DNA of 42,893 bases from a virus (Duplodnaviria > Caudoviricetes): positions 1 to 42,893 of IMG/VR virus record IMGVR_UViG_3300044960_000121. One strand, 5' to 3'. Of this stretch, positions 17,705 to 27,478 are shown one piece after another. Numbering within the stretch: the first letter of the stretch is position 1; the number at the start of each line of letters is the position of its first letter. The notes beneath the pieces are model-generated. The model saw only the letters and a program-made list of their open reading frames with translations, was not told where the DNA came from and did no database searches. A program made the translations under genes and the position numbers.

Positions 17705-18625
17705 ATGTTTGTGTTTATAAAAAAAGCAAAAAAAAACACAAAAAATATTTTTACAAGAGCACAGCTAAACGCAATAAAAAAAATCTACAATAAACACTTT
17801 AAACTCTTTTCTACATCATTAAAAGATACATTTAAAAATTTTTCAAATGAAATATCTAAAAAGAAATTCATTGAAACCCTTGCAGCTCAAGGCACAGAGG
17901 CAGGCATATCAGAATTAACACAAAAAAAATTAATTGAAAAACTAAATGAAGTGTCTGATAGTGCTTTTACTGCAGCAATGACTGACACAATTAACAAAAT
18001 GGGAGTTATCCATACAATCAAAAAACCTACTATTAATTTTAATTCTTCAAACTCTAGAGTTGTGCAATACATTAAAAACTCAGTGGGCAATTTAATCCAA
18101 AATATTAGCACGCAAACACTAACACAAGTACGCAATCTTTTTATCGATAGCATGCGAATAGCAAAACCTGTAGATGAGCTTGCAATGGATTTAAAAAACA
18201 TTGTTGGCTTATTGCCAGAGCAGCAACAAAAATATTTTGAACTAAAAGAAACAAGCCTTAAAAAGCTTGAGGCTCAAGGCGTTTCAAGGAATGAAGCATT
18301 AAAACAAGTTGAAACAAAATTAGAAAGTTTCTATAATCGTCAATTAGATATAAGGGCGAAACGCATCGCACGCACCGAAACGTCCCGCATTGTTAATGAG
18401 GGGCAAATGGAGATTTACAGGCAGATGAGTGAGGCGGGTATCATTGATATTAGAGAGGCAAAAAAGCAATGGGTTATTTTTGAAGACACTGCTTGCTCAA
18501 TTTGTGAGCCGTTAGATGGCACAATTGTAGGCTTTAATGATTTTTTTGAAACGCAAAATGGGGCAGTGTCTACACCACCATTACATCCTAATTGCAATTG
18601 TACAGTGATTTTATTATATGAGTAG
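17705..18625 (+). CDS. MuF-type minor head protein
   Basis: RA.RIARTE, K.W, C..C..LDG, PP.HPNC.C. Confidence 0.88.
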   Translation: MFVFIKKAKKNTKNIFTRAQLNAIKKIYNKHFKLFSTSLKDTFKNFSNEISKKKFIETLAAQGTEAGISELTQKKLIEKLNEVSDSAFTAAMTDTINKMGVIHTIKKPTINFNSSNSRVVQYIKNSVGNLIQNISTQTLTQVRNLFIDSMRIAKPVDELAMDLKNIVGLLPEQQQKYFELKETSLKKLEAQGVSRNEALKQVETKLESFYNRQLDIRAKRIARTETSRIVNEGQMEIYRQMSEAGIIDIREAKKQWVIFEDTACSICEPLDGTIVGFNDFFETQNGAVSTPPLHPNCNCTVILLYE

Positions 18626-18634
18626 GAGGCAAAA

Positions 18635-21600
18635 ATGAAGTTAGAAGAGATCAATCCGCAATCTTTGAAAAGCGTTGATAATGAAGAGTTAGCACAAGTG
18701 TGGCATCGCCTAAATCAATGGTATGCAAACGCAATCAACGAACATAAACCTACAGAGGATATAATCAATGCCGCAATGTGGGCATTGGACGAAATGCAAG
18801 CAAGAGGTTTTGATTACGATGAAAACAGTGAGCTAGTTCATGCAATTCAATCTTTTAAAAAGTCTGAAATCGTTGATTATCAAGCGTTGCCTGATGAGGT
18901 TGTGGTTGTTTATGATTTTGTTTCTGTGGTTGGCTCAAGCGTTAAAAGTGAAGATTATAATGATGTTGATATCCTTGTGCGTGCTAATCTCAGCGGTGGC
19001 TCATATTTGGTTGATTACCCAAATGTATTTTTGCCAATCAGAAACGCAATTGCAAAAGACAAACAGCAAAAACTGCATTTAATCAGTAACCCGCAAGGGG
19101 CACATTCTGATTACATGCCGCTATATGATTTAATATTAAGAAAGAAAAAACAGCCGCAAATTAAAGTTTTAAAATCTGATTATGTGATGATTGATTTAGG
19201 TTGCGGCAATAACAAGCCTAACGGTTATATCGGCATTGACAAGGATAGCAATAGCAATGCCGATATAATTCACAACATTGAGCTAGGTTTACCTTTTGCT
19301 AATAATAGCGTTGACAAGGTTAGAGCTTATCATCTTTTAGAACACTTGCCTGACAAGGATTTTATAATGCGTGAGATTTATAGGGTTTTAAAAAATGGCG
19401 GAACTTTTGAATTTGAAATACCTAGTGCGGACTCTGATGGGGCAGTAGCTCATCCTGAACATAAGACACTTTGGAATGTCTCAAGTTTTGCATTCTACAC
19501 TAATCCGCAATTGATTGAAGACAGGCCTATGTTTGAAGTGATTGAATTAGCGGAATGTGAAAGAAACGGACACAAGTACGTTAAAGGCATTCTTCGAAAA
19601 CCTTTGAACAAAGCCGATTTTAAGCCATTCATTCCATTTACTCCTCCAAAACCTGCAATGGCGTGGTATACTGAGCTATCGCCGCAAGATAAAGACAAAT
19701 TGTTAGAATGGGCAGATAGTCAATCTTTTGCAATTGAGCCGAAATATAATGGCTTTCGAGCGATAATTGAAAAGCAAGGCATAAGAATTCGCATGTGGTT
19801 TGAGGGCTCTCAACACATTGATAGGTTTAAAAGCCTTATCTATCAAGGCATAAAGAATGCGTTGCTTTCAATCCCTGAAGATTTTATTTTAGATTGTGAT
19901 GTTGGGATAACAAAAAATGGCGAAAGATTGCCACGGATTGAATTAATGAAACTCAATTCAGACAATCCACAATTAGAAGAAAATGAGAAAATCGAAATAA
20001 CATTATTTGATATTCCTTATTTTGTTGAGCCGTTGATAGACAAGCCTTTTGAGGATAGAAGAAAAATTTTAGAAGAGTTTTATAAAAAATACAAAAACAA
20101 AATTAAAGAATGGATAAAAATATCCGATATCAAATATATCAAACAGCCAAAACAATTAAATGACAACGCAATTAAATGGGCTTTTGACTTTTCGATGTCT
20201 GAGGGTTTAGTTGCCAAAAAACTAAACTCAACATACTCAATTAATGGCTCAACGAATGATTGGGCAAAAATGAAAAAAGTTGCAGAATTAAAAGTTATTG
20301 TGCTTGATAAGGCAAGCACAAAAACAGAAGGCACTTATAACTACACTGTTGGATTAATTGATACGCTTAGCTTTTCAAATACAATAGAATTTGAAGGCAA
20401 AAAATATGTGAATTTAGGCAACACATTTAACACTGATTTAGATGTTTCTGTTGGCTCAATTCTTACAATTGAATTAATTGAGCTCATAATGGATGAAACA
20501 AAAAACACACTTGTACTATTAGGCGGCAGAGTTGTAGATGTTGATACAACAAGGCATGAGCCATATACTGATGAACAAGCTATAGATATAGCACGCCGTT
20601 ATCAAGTTCTTCAAATTAAAAAATCAATTTTTAAAATGATTTTGCTATATAACAAGCTCAAAAAGCTTGATATTCAAGGCGAAGAGGACACAGAGACAAG
20701 AGGAGAGATAGCTCAAAGAGAATGGGAAAAAAATTGGATTACATATTTGCCTAAAAATGGAAAAGGCAAATTCGTATATCAACATCATTGGAGAGGTTTA
20801 AATGAGGAAGAGATAAAATTAAGCGATGATGAGCTAATGAATTCTAGCCATTCTGTACATGGGGATCTGCGCTTTGAGTCCGATAATTTTTTATTTGGCT
20901 TTTCTGTTTTTTTGGGCACAACAAAAGATAATAAAAAAGTAGGCGGCGATAGATTAGTTGCATTAGACAAAACAAAAGATAATCTTCAAGGCACATTCAA
21001 ATTAAAACAGCCGATTGAGTGGCTACATGTGGGAGAGGGCTCAGGACAAGCCTTTGCGCCTATGATGCCTGGCTCAACATCAAAAACATACTCAAAATTT
21101 TTTGTTATAGATAACGGTGAGTATGAACTAGGCGTTGTAAAACAACATTTTGTTGAGATATTTTTTAATGGCAAAAAATTAAAAGGTAGGTATACTATTC
21201 AATCAGTTCCAAAAGAGAATGAAGAACGTTATTGGATTATTAATAAACCTGATGAGCAAACACCATACGCTCAAAGCTATGAGCTTCAAGCGGTTGCAGA
21301 AGAAGAAAAAGCAAAAGGCTATGAGTGGCTATATTGGAGATCACCGATGAGCAAAAAAACTAAAATTATTGATTTAAAAAAATTAAAAACAGTTAACGTT
21401 AAAAAAATTGATAATGAAAAACATCTAGTTTATGGTGTTGTGCTTGAGCCTTCAATTGATGAGTTCGGCAAACTCATTGCTGAGCCTGATACACAAGGCG
21501 ATGTTATTACAGCTGAGGAAATCGAAAAAGCGGCACATGAATACATAATTAACTCCCGCATTGTTGGCGAAAATCATAGCGGCAAATTCAATGCGCAAGT

Positions 21601-21772
21601 GGTTGAGAGTTATATCGCTCCTGTTGATTTTTATATTAATAAAGAGAAGATAAGAAAAGGCTCATGGGTTTTGGTTGTTCATGTGCCTGATGATGCTGAT
21701 TGGGCAAGAATTAAAAACGGTGAGTTTAACGCTTTTTCGATTGGTGGCATTGGCGAGCGAAAAAAATTGTAA
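18635..21772 (+). CDS. Multidomain protein: NTase-like + SAM methyltransferase + ATP-dependent DNA ligase + LigD-like phosphoesterase + XkdF-type prohead protease
   Basis: VVGS...DVDILV; IDLGCG...HLLEHL; EPKYNGFR, EGLVAK, WAKMK; FVYQHH, HGDLRFE, D.GEYE, LKGRY; VYGVVLEP, DTQGD, IEKAAH, FSIGG. Confidence 0.85.
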   Translation: MKLEEINPQSLKSVDNEELAQVWHRLNQWYANAINEHKPTEDIINAAMWALDEMQARGFDYDENSELVHAIQSFKKSEIVDYQALPDEVVVVYDFVSVVGSSVKSEDYNDVDILVRANLSGGSYLVDYPNVFLPIRNAIAKDKQQKLHLISNPQGAHSDYMPLYDLILRKKKQPQIKVLKSDYVMIDLGCGNNKPNGYIGIDKDSNSNADIIHNIELGLPFANNSVDKVRAYHLLEHLPDKDFIMREIYRVLKNGGTFEFEIPSADSDGAVAHPEHKTLWNVSSFAFYTNPQLIEDRPMFEVIELAECERNGHKYVKGILRKPLNKADFKPFIPFTPPKPAMAWYTELSPQDKDKLLEWADSQSFAIEPKYNGFRAIIEKQGIRIRMWFEGSQHIDRFKSLIYQGIKNALLSIPEDFILDCDVGITKNGERLPRIELMKLNSDNPQLEENEKIEITLFDIPYFVEPLIDKPFEDRRKILEEFYKKYKNKIKEWIKISDIKYIKQPKQLNDNAIKWAFDFSMSEGLVAKKLNSTYSINGSTNDWAKMKKVAELKVIVLDKASTKTEGTYNYTVGLIDTLSFSNTIEFEGKKYVNLGNTFNTDLDVSVGSILTIELIELIMDETKNTLVLLGGRVVDVDTTRHEPYTDEQAIDIARRYQVLQIKKSIFKMILLYNKLKKLDIQGEEDTETRGEIAQREWEKNWITYLPKNGKGKFVYQHHWRGLNEEEIKLSDDELMNSSHSVHGDLRFESDNFLFGFSVFLGTTKDNKKVGGDRLVALDKTKDNLQGTFKLKQPIEWLHVGEGSGQAFAPMMPGSTSKTYSKFFVIDNGEYELGVVKQHFVEIFFNGKKLKGRYTIQSVPKENEERYWIINKPDEQTPYAQSYELQAVAEEEKAKGYEWLYWRSPMSKKTKIIDLKKLKTVNVKKIDNEKHLVYGVVLEPSIDEFGKLIAEPDTQGDVITAEEIEKAAHEYIINSRIVGENHSGKFNAQVVESYIAPVDFYINKEKIRKGSWVLVVHVPDDADWARIKNGEFNAFSIGGIGERKKL

Positions 21773-21780
21773 TTAAATTA

Positions 21781-21808
21781 TTGCAATTGAATTAAAAAAT
21801 GTTAAAAT
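21781..21808 (+). promoter_or_regulatory. Possible internal promoter for scaffold/capsid genes
   Basis: TTGCAA-N16-TAAAAT with extended TG. Confidence 0.4.
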
Positions 21809-21816
21809 AATTTATT

Positions 21817-22638
21817 ATGAGTCAAGTAAATGAATTAAAAAATTTAAATATTTTTGAAGTTAGTGTTGTCCCTAAAGGGGCAAACAGAAAAAAATTTTTT
21901 TTGTTAAAAGGAGATTATCAAATGGATGAGCTTTTAAAAAAAATTGACGAAATAAAGTTAAATGAAAATTTTAAAAACGTTTTTGAAAAAATGCAATTAA
22001 CAGAAGAAGAAAAAAACGCACTAGAAAGTGCGTTAAAACTTTTGCAAGCCTTGAAAGACAAGCTTCCCGAAGACCTGTTAAAACAATTGTATGAACTGTT
22101 AGGGTATCCAGCTCCATACTGCGCCGCTCCTGAATATTACGCCGCTCCAACAAAAAAAGAAGAAGAACAAAAAAACGAAATTGAAAAAATGGATGAAAGC
22201 ATAAAACAAAAATTTGAAACCATATTAAAAGAAAAAGAAGAAATCGCAAAAAAAGCTAAAGAATTAGAAGAAGAATTGCAAAAACAAAAAATTGAAAAAG
22301 AAAAAATTGAATTTGTTGCAAAGATTGATAGCGAATATAAAAATATAGCAGGAGACAAAAAAGAATTAGCTAACGCTCTCTTTGAAATCCGCAATACTCA
22401 AGCCTTTTCAGTGATTGATAGAATTTTAAAATCCGCCGATGTTGCATTATCTAATTCAGTATTAACTCAAGAATTAGGCACATCAGTAGAGGGCTCAGGT
22501 TCGGCTTGGGAATTAATTGAAAAAGCTGCAAGCGAACTTGTAAAACAAGATAAAAACTTAACAATGCAAAAAGCAATTTATCAAGTTATAAAATCAAATC
22601 CTAAACTTTATCAAAACTATCTAAATGAAAGGAGTTAA
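21817..22638 (+). CDS. Capsid scaffolding protein with an N-terminal protease-like strand (internal start 21922)
   Basis: N-terminal EVSVVPKGAN; E/K-rich coiled coil; AAAGGAG before ATG 21922. Confidence 0.75.
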   Translation: MSQVNELKNLNIFEVSVVPKGANRKKFFLLKGDYQMDELLKKIDEIKLNENFKNVFEKMQLTEEEKNALESALKLLQALKDKLPEDLLKQLYELLGYPAPYCAAPEYYAAPTKKEEEQKNEIEKMDESIKQKFETILKEKEEIAKKAKELEEELQKQKIEKEKIEFVAKIDSEYKNIAGDKKELANALFEIRNTQAFSVIDRILKSADVALSNSVLTQELGTSVEGSGSAWELIEKAASELVKQDKNLTMQKAIYQVIKSNPKLYQNYLNERS

Positions 22639-22640
22639 AA

Positions 22641-23003
22641 ATGGCTATAGAAGAAAGACTTATAACAATAGGTTTTTTAGCTGCAGGCTCAGACCTATCT
22701 ACAAAACAGTATCACGTTGTAAAGCTTGACGCTCAAGGCAAGGCAGTGCTTGCAGGTGCAGGCGAATTATCACTAGGCATTTTGCAAAATGACCCCTCTG
22801 AGGGACAGGCATGTGATATCGCCGTTGACGGCGTTAGCAAAGCAAAAGCAGGCGCTAGCATTACTTTGGGCTCACTATTATCCGCTAATGCTAATGGGCA
22901 AGTAGTACCCGCTACTAGCGGCGACTACGTAATAGGAATAGCTTTAGAGGCTGCTAGCAGTGGCGATATAGTTAGCGTATTAATTAGGAATTTTAAAATA
23001 TAA
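22641..23003 (+). CDS. Capsid decoration/cement protein (DUF2190-like)
   Basis: Small Gly/Ala-rich protein ending IGIALEAA..GDIV.V; precedes the capsid gene. Confidence 0.75.
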   Translation: MAIEERLITIGFLAAGSDLSTKQYHVVKLDAQGKAVLAGAGELSLGILQNDPSEGQACDIAVDGVSKAKAGASITLGSLLSANANGQVVPATSGDYVIGIALEAASSGDIVSVLIRNFKI

Positions 23004-23015
23004 GGAGATTGAACA

Positions 23016-23963
23016 ATGGCTAACCCAACAAAAAACGAAGTTCATGTTAATAAACCATTAACCAACATATCAGTAGCATACATGCAAGATTTAAACGCTT
23101 TTGTTGCCGATCAAGTTTTTCCAAAAGTGGCGGTAGCAAAGCAATCCGATAGATATATCGTTTACGATAAGGCAGATTTTTATAGGGATGAGATGAAACT
23201 GAGAGCTCCCGCCTCTGAGAGCGCAGGGGCAGGTTTTCGAATTGATAACACGCCTACATACTATTGTGCAGTCTACGCATTGCACAAAGATATTGACGAT
23301 CAGTTGAGGGCAAACGTTGATGAGCCTATCAATCTAGATGAAGACACAACAAAATTTTTAACTCAAAAAATGATGTTAAAAAAAGATAAAATCTTTGTTG
23401 AAAACTATTTTAAAACAGGCGTATGGGGCACTGACTACACCCCCTCAACATTGTGGAGTGCGGCAAACTCAACACCTGTAAAAGATATAGACGCACAAAA
23501 AGATAGCGTTTATAAAAAAACGGGCTACATGCCTAACGTTTTAGTTGTAACCTCTGACGTTCATACTGTACTTAAAAATCATCCCGATGTATTAGACAGG
23601 GTTAAGTACACACAACAGGCAACAATATCAGAACAGTTATTAGCATCTTTATTTGGCGTTCAAAAATATTTAGTTTTAAGAACCATTGAAAACAAAGCCG
23701 CAGAAGGGGCTAGTGCAGACTTTGATTTTCTAGCTAGCAAAAAAGCTTTATTAGTTTATGCCGCAAGTGCTCCGTCTCTTATGACTCCATCGGCGGGCTA
23801 TTCATTTGTTTGGCAAGGACTTACTGGCTCAATTGACGGCGTAAGAGTTAAAAATTTCCGATTAGAACATTTAGCCGCTGATAGAATTGAGATTGAAGCC
23901 GCTTTTGATTTAAAAGTTGTTGCGGCTGACTTAGGCGTTTTCTTTAACGGAGTGATTGCCTAA
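23016..23963 (+). CDS. Major capsid protein
   Basis: LTNISVAY.Q..FVAD.VFP.V N-terminus, G..PN.LV, G..F ending; strong RBS; position. Confidence 0.85.
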   Translation: MANPTKNEVHVNKPLTNISVAYMQDLNAFVADQVFPKVAVAKQSDRYIVYDKADFYRDEMKLRAPASESAGAGFRIDNTPTYYCAVYALHKDIDDQLRANVDEPINLDEDTTKFLTQKMMLKKDKIFVENYFKTGVWGTDYTPSTLWSAANSTPVKDIDAQKDSVYKKTGYMPNVLVVTSDVHTVLKNHPDVLDRVKYTQQATISEQLLASLFGVQKYLVLRTIENKAAEGASADFDFLASKKALLVYAASAPSLMTPSAGYSFVWQGLTGSIDGVRVKNFRLEHLAADRIEIEAAFDLKVVAADLGVFFNGVIA

Positions 23964-24286
23964 TGTACATTAGCACAAGATACTTCACCACAGCACTAAG
24001 ATCCTATATGCCTAATGAGCCGATACCTGAGGCAGAGACTTGGGATTGGCTCATTAGGGCAAAGTTATTAGATTTAGGTTGGATTAAAAAAATTGATGAG
24101 CCTGTAAACCTTGCGGCTCATAGAGTTGCAAAGGAGAAAGCTCAAGAGACAAAAAAAGAACAAAAAGAAGATGAGCCGATAAGCGAAAGAACATGTAAAC
24201 AATGTGGCAAAGTTTTAGCAACAAAATATTCTTTAAAACGCCACATGGTAAGCGTACACAATCATGGCTTGGACGTACTCACATAG
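23963..24286 (+). CDS. Hypothetical protein with a C-terminal C2H2 zinc finger
   Basis: CKQCGKVLATKYSLKRHMVSVH (C-x2-C-x12-H-x4-H). Confidence 0.75.
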   Translation: MYISTRYFTTALRSYMPNEPIPEAETWDWLIRAKLLDLGWIKKIDEPVNLAAHRVAKEKAQETKKEQKEDEPISERTCKQCGKVLATKYSLKRHMVSVHNHGLDVLT

Positions 24287-24656
24287 TCCTGATACATCAA
24301 CACTAGATTGGGTTAGGCTTGTCATTGGAGACACTGACTCAAATGACAAATTATTATCTGATGAAGAAATCAACGCAATAATAAATAAATCAATAAATGT
24401 ATGGCATGCGGCTTATTACGCCGCATTACTTATCGCAAGCAAATTTGCAAGGCTTGCGGATGAAAGCGTGGGAGATGTTTCTGTTCGTTATTCGCAAAAA
24501 TCAGAACAATACTATAGATTAGCGGACAAGCTAAAACAAGAAGCAAACACGAAAAGCTATGTGTCTGCATACGCCGCAGGCATATCCTTGTCTGATAAGG
24601 CTTTTAATGAGTCCGATAATGATTTAGTAAAATCAAAATTTAAAATCGATGTTTAA
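24264..24656 (+). CDS. Head-tail adaptor
   Basis: VRL.IGDTD...LLSDEEI, ESVGDVSV.Y. Confidence 0.7.
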   Translation: MAWTYSHSPDTSTLDWVRLVIGDTDSNDKLLSDEEINAIINKSINVWHAAYYAALLIASKFARLADESVGDVSVRYSQKSEQYYRLADKLKQEANTKSYVSAYAAGISLSDKAFNESDNDLVKSKFKIDV

Positions 24657-25122
24657 ATTCATTAGCTCAACAAAAGTTTTAAAATCACAACGGGAGACTC
24701 TTTTTAAAAGACTAAAAGAGATTGAAAAAAAATATGTAACGGTTGGCATACACGAAAATAAAAAGTATGAAGATAATACTCCCGTTGCAATGATTGCGGC
24801 AATTCATGAGTTTGGTTCTGATAATGTGCCTGAGCGATCATTCATTCGCTCATCAATCAATGAAAACAAAAGCACAATAAAAAAATATATTAGACTTTAT
24901 TTGCAACAAGTTTTAAGATTATCAATGAGTGTTGACACTGCACTAGCAAGCATTGGTAATGTAGTGGCGGCAAAACACAAAGAAAAAATTGTTAAAGGTG
25001 AGTTTACGCCATTGAGCAAAGTATATTATGAGCTCAAAATGAAAAAACTTGGAAAGGCTTATATACTAAGGTATACAGACACGTTACTTCAATCTATTGA
25101 CTATGAGATTAAAACAGAATGA
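24649..25122 (+). CDS. Neck / tail-completion protein
   Basis: VTVGI, IA.IHEFG..NVPERSFIR. Confidence 0.7.
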   Translation: MFKFISSTKVLKSQRETLFKRLKEIEKKYVTVGIHENKKYEDNTPVAMIAAIHEFGSDNVPERSFIRSSINENKSTIKKYIRLYLQQVLRLSMSVDTALASIGNVVAAKHKEKIVKGEFTPLSKVYYELKMKKLGKAYILRYTDTLLQSIDYEIKTE

Positions 25123-25460
25123 GCATGTACAACATTAGACTGCCAATCATGATAAAAAAGGGAAAACGCATAGTTGTTGTGCGATATTCGTTTCGCTCTA
25201 CAGCAAAAGGCAGAATGCAAAAAGTAAAAGCATATGAGACCGCAACAATAGCGGAAGTGCAGCCTGCAACATCAGATGATTTATTAAAATTAGCCGAAGG
25301 CGATAGAGATAAAGATGTAATCGCAATTTGGACAACATTTAAACTTTGTCTTAATGATGAGATATGCTATAATAATAATATTTATAAGATTATCAAAGTG
25401 CAAAATTGGAATGATTTTTTTAAGGGAATAGGTATTAAGCAAGATGCAATTAATAACTGA
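25119..25460 (+). CDS. Head closure protein
   Basis: VQPA...DL..L.EGDR, D.I.Y....YKI..V..W. Confidence 0.65.
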   Translation: MSMYNIRLPIMIKKGKRIVVVRYSFRSTAKGRMQKVKAYETATIAEVQPATSDDLLKLAEGDRDKDVIAIWTTFKLCLNDEICYNNNIYKIIKVQNWNDFFKGIGIKQDAINN

Positions 25461-25998
25461 TTTTAATAAAATTGAAGATGAAATTGTAAGCATAATTGAA
25501 GACGCAAGCGGCAAGCGTGTTATATGGGAGTTGTCTGATACCCTTGCACCGCAAGGCTCTTACATATCTTTAGCGTATGTTAATCCTATGAATTTTGTAA
25601 CTCAGTTTTTTGACGTGAAAGCGATAGATGATGACACAAGCGAATTCTCTACGATTGCAGAATTGGTTTTGTCTGTTAAGATAATTCACAAAGATGTTTA
25701 CGATGCAAAATTAATGAGAGAAGCCGCAAGCCTTGCGGCTCAATTAAATGAGCCTGATACTCAAAAAAGATTAAGACCTTTAGGCGTGGCATTGATTAAT
25801 ATATCAAATGTAAGAGATATCTCTTTGAACATCAATGAAGAATATTATTTGCGTTTTCAATTTGATATGACTTTTTATTTTAATTTTAAATTTTTAGTTA
25901 AAACATCTACAATTAAAAATGTACAAATATCGCAAGGACATTTTTATGATTTTAATAATTCATTAATTCATGAAGTTAATAAATTAATTTCAACGTAA
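25444..25998 (+). CDS. Tail terminator protein
   Basis: Position before the sheath gene; size; R.QFD..F. Confidence 0.55.
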   Translation: MQLITDFNKIEDEIVSIIEDASGKRVIWELSDTLAPQGSYISLAYVNPMNFVTQFFDVKAIDDDTSEFSTIAELVLSVKIIHKDVYDAKLMREAASLAAQLNEPDTQKRLRPLGVALINISNVRDISLNINEEYYLRFQFDMTFYFNFKFLVKTSTIKNVQISQGHFYDFNNSLIHEVNKLIST

Positions 25999-26009
25999 GG
26001 AGATTAAAA

Positions 26010-27035
26010 ATGACACTATCGCAAATTGTTAACATTCAAATCTCAAGGCAAACAACAGCACCAACACAAAAAGGTTTTGGCACTGCTTTATTTTTAGCCT
26101 CTTCAGTGCCTACAGGTTACACAACAAGATTTAAAGCTTATTCAAGCATTGAAGAAATGCAAACAGATGGGTGGACTACTGAGGCTGCTTTTGTTGCGGC
26201 AACAAAATATTTCGGGCAAGAGTTAAAACCTGAAAAAATTTATATCGGACTTGTTGATAGCGGGGAAACCTATACTCAAGCTCTTCAAGCAGTTCAAGCG
26301 GTTAATAATGATTGGTATGTTTTGCTAGCAGAAACACATGTTAAAGCCGATATTCTAGCATTAGCGGCGGCAATTGAGCCACAAGATAAAATGTATATTT
26401 GTTCATCTTCAGATAGCGATATTATAACCTCCGTAAACACTGATGTAGCAAGCTCTTTACATTCTGCTAACTATGACAGAACAGCAATAATTTACTCTTC
26501 TAATGCGGCTCAATATCCTGAGGCTGCAATAGTTGGCTTGCAATTGCCTAAAGCGGCAGGCTCATCAACATGGAAATTTAAAACATTAAAGGGGATCACT
26601 GTAGACAATCTTACAACAACACAAATCAGTAACGCAAAAAACAAAATGTGCAATGTGTACACAACAATAGCAGGAGTTAACATATTGCATGAGGGTGTGG
26701 TATCATCGGGCGAATTTATCGATGTTATTCAGGGTATTGATTTTATAAAATCTAGATTGCAAGAGAATATTTATTTTTCGTTAATCAATTCTGAAAAAAT
26801 TCCATACACTAATGCAGGAATTTCTGTTGTTGTTAACATTATAAAACAAGTGTTGACTGATGCTATTGATAGAGGCATACTTGCCGCAAGTCCTACCCCT
26901 GAAGTATCCGCTCCATTAGTAGATGATGTTAGTGCAATTGATAAAGCTAATAGATTACTACCTAATGTAAAATTTTCCGCAACATTAGCGGGTGCGGTGC
27001 ATAAAATTCAAATTAACGGCATTGTAACAATATAA
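26010..27035 (+). CDS. Contractile tail sheath (DUF3383-like)
   Basis: IVNIQIS, TWKFKTL.G, GEFID.I.G.D, KIPYT.AG, LAGAVH...I.G. Confidence 0.88.
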   Translation: MTLSQIVNIQISRQTTAPTQKGFGTALFLASSVPTGYTTRFKAYSSIEEMQTDGWTTEAAFVAATKYFGQELKPEKIYIGLVDSGETYTQALQAVQAVNNDWYVLLAETHVKADILALAAAIEPQDKMYICSSSDSDIITSVNTDVASSLHSANYDRTAIIYSSNAAQYPEAAIVGLQLPKAAGSSTWKFKTLKGITVDNLTTTQISNAKNKMCNVYTTIAGVNILHEGVVSSGEFIDVIQGIDFIKSRLQENIYFSLINSEKIPYTNAGISVVVNIIKQVLTDAIDRGILAASPTPEVSAPLVDDVSAIDKANRLLPNVKFSATLAGAVHKIQINGIVTI

Positions 27036-27055
27036 AAAAATAAGGAGATATAACA

Positions 27056-27478
27056 ATGGCAGTAAAAACCTATGACCCAAAACAGGTAACAGTAATAGTA
27101 GGCACAAGACCTATATCAGGCTTTGCAGATGGGACTTTTATAACTGTTGCTAGAAATTCAGACATGTGGAGTTTGGTAGTTGGGGCTGATGGTGAGGCAA
27201 CAAGGGCAAAATCAAATGATAAGTCAGGGCGTATCACAATCACATTGACACAATCGGCAGAAAGCAATCAATACCTATCTGAGCTAGCTTTAGCTGATGA
27301 ATTAAGTAATGGCGGGCTTGTTCCTATTCTGATAAGAGATGCGTCAGGCAAAACAATACATGCATGTGCTAGTGCTTGGATTGTCAAGCGTCCCGAAAGT
27401 GCCTTTGCAAAAGAAGCGGGTACACGTGAGTGGGTTTTTGAGACTGACACATTAGAAATGTTTGAAGGGGGTAATTAA
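27056..27478 (+). CDS. Tail tube protein (DUF3277-like)
   Basis: TYDPK.V, ISGFADG, VGADG, G.ITITL.Q...SN..L, REW.F. Confidence 0.88.
   Translation: MAVKTYDPKQVTVIVGTRPISGFADGTFITVARNSDMWSLVVGADGEATRAKSNDKSGRITITLTQSAESNQYLSELALADELSNGGLVPILIRDASGKTIHACASAWIVKRPESAFAKEAGTREWVFETDTLEMFEGGN

Noticed and set aside
22105-22150. Short repeat encoding YPAPYCAAPEYYAAP in the scaffold
   Set aside because: Only two short units; most likely a linker micro-duplication
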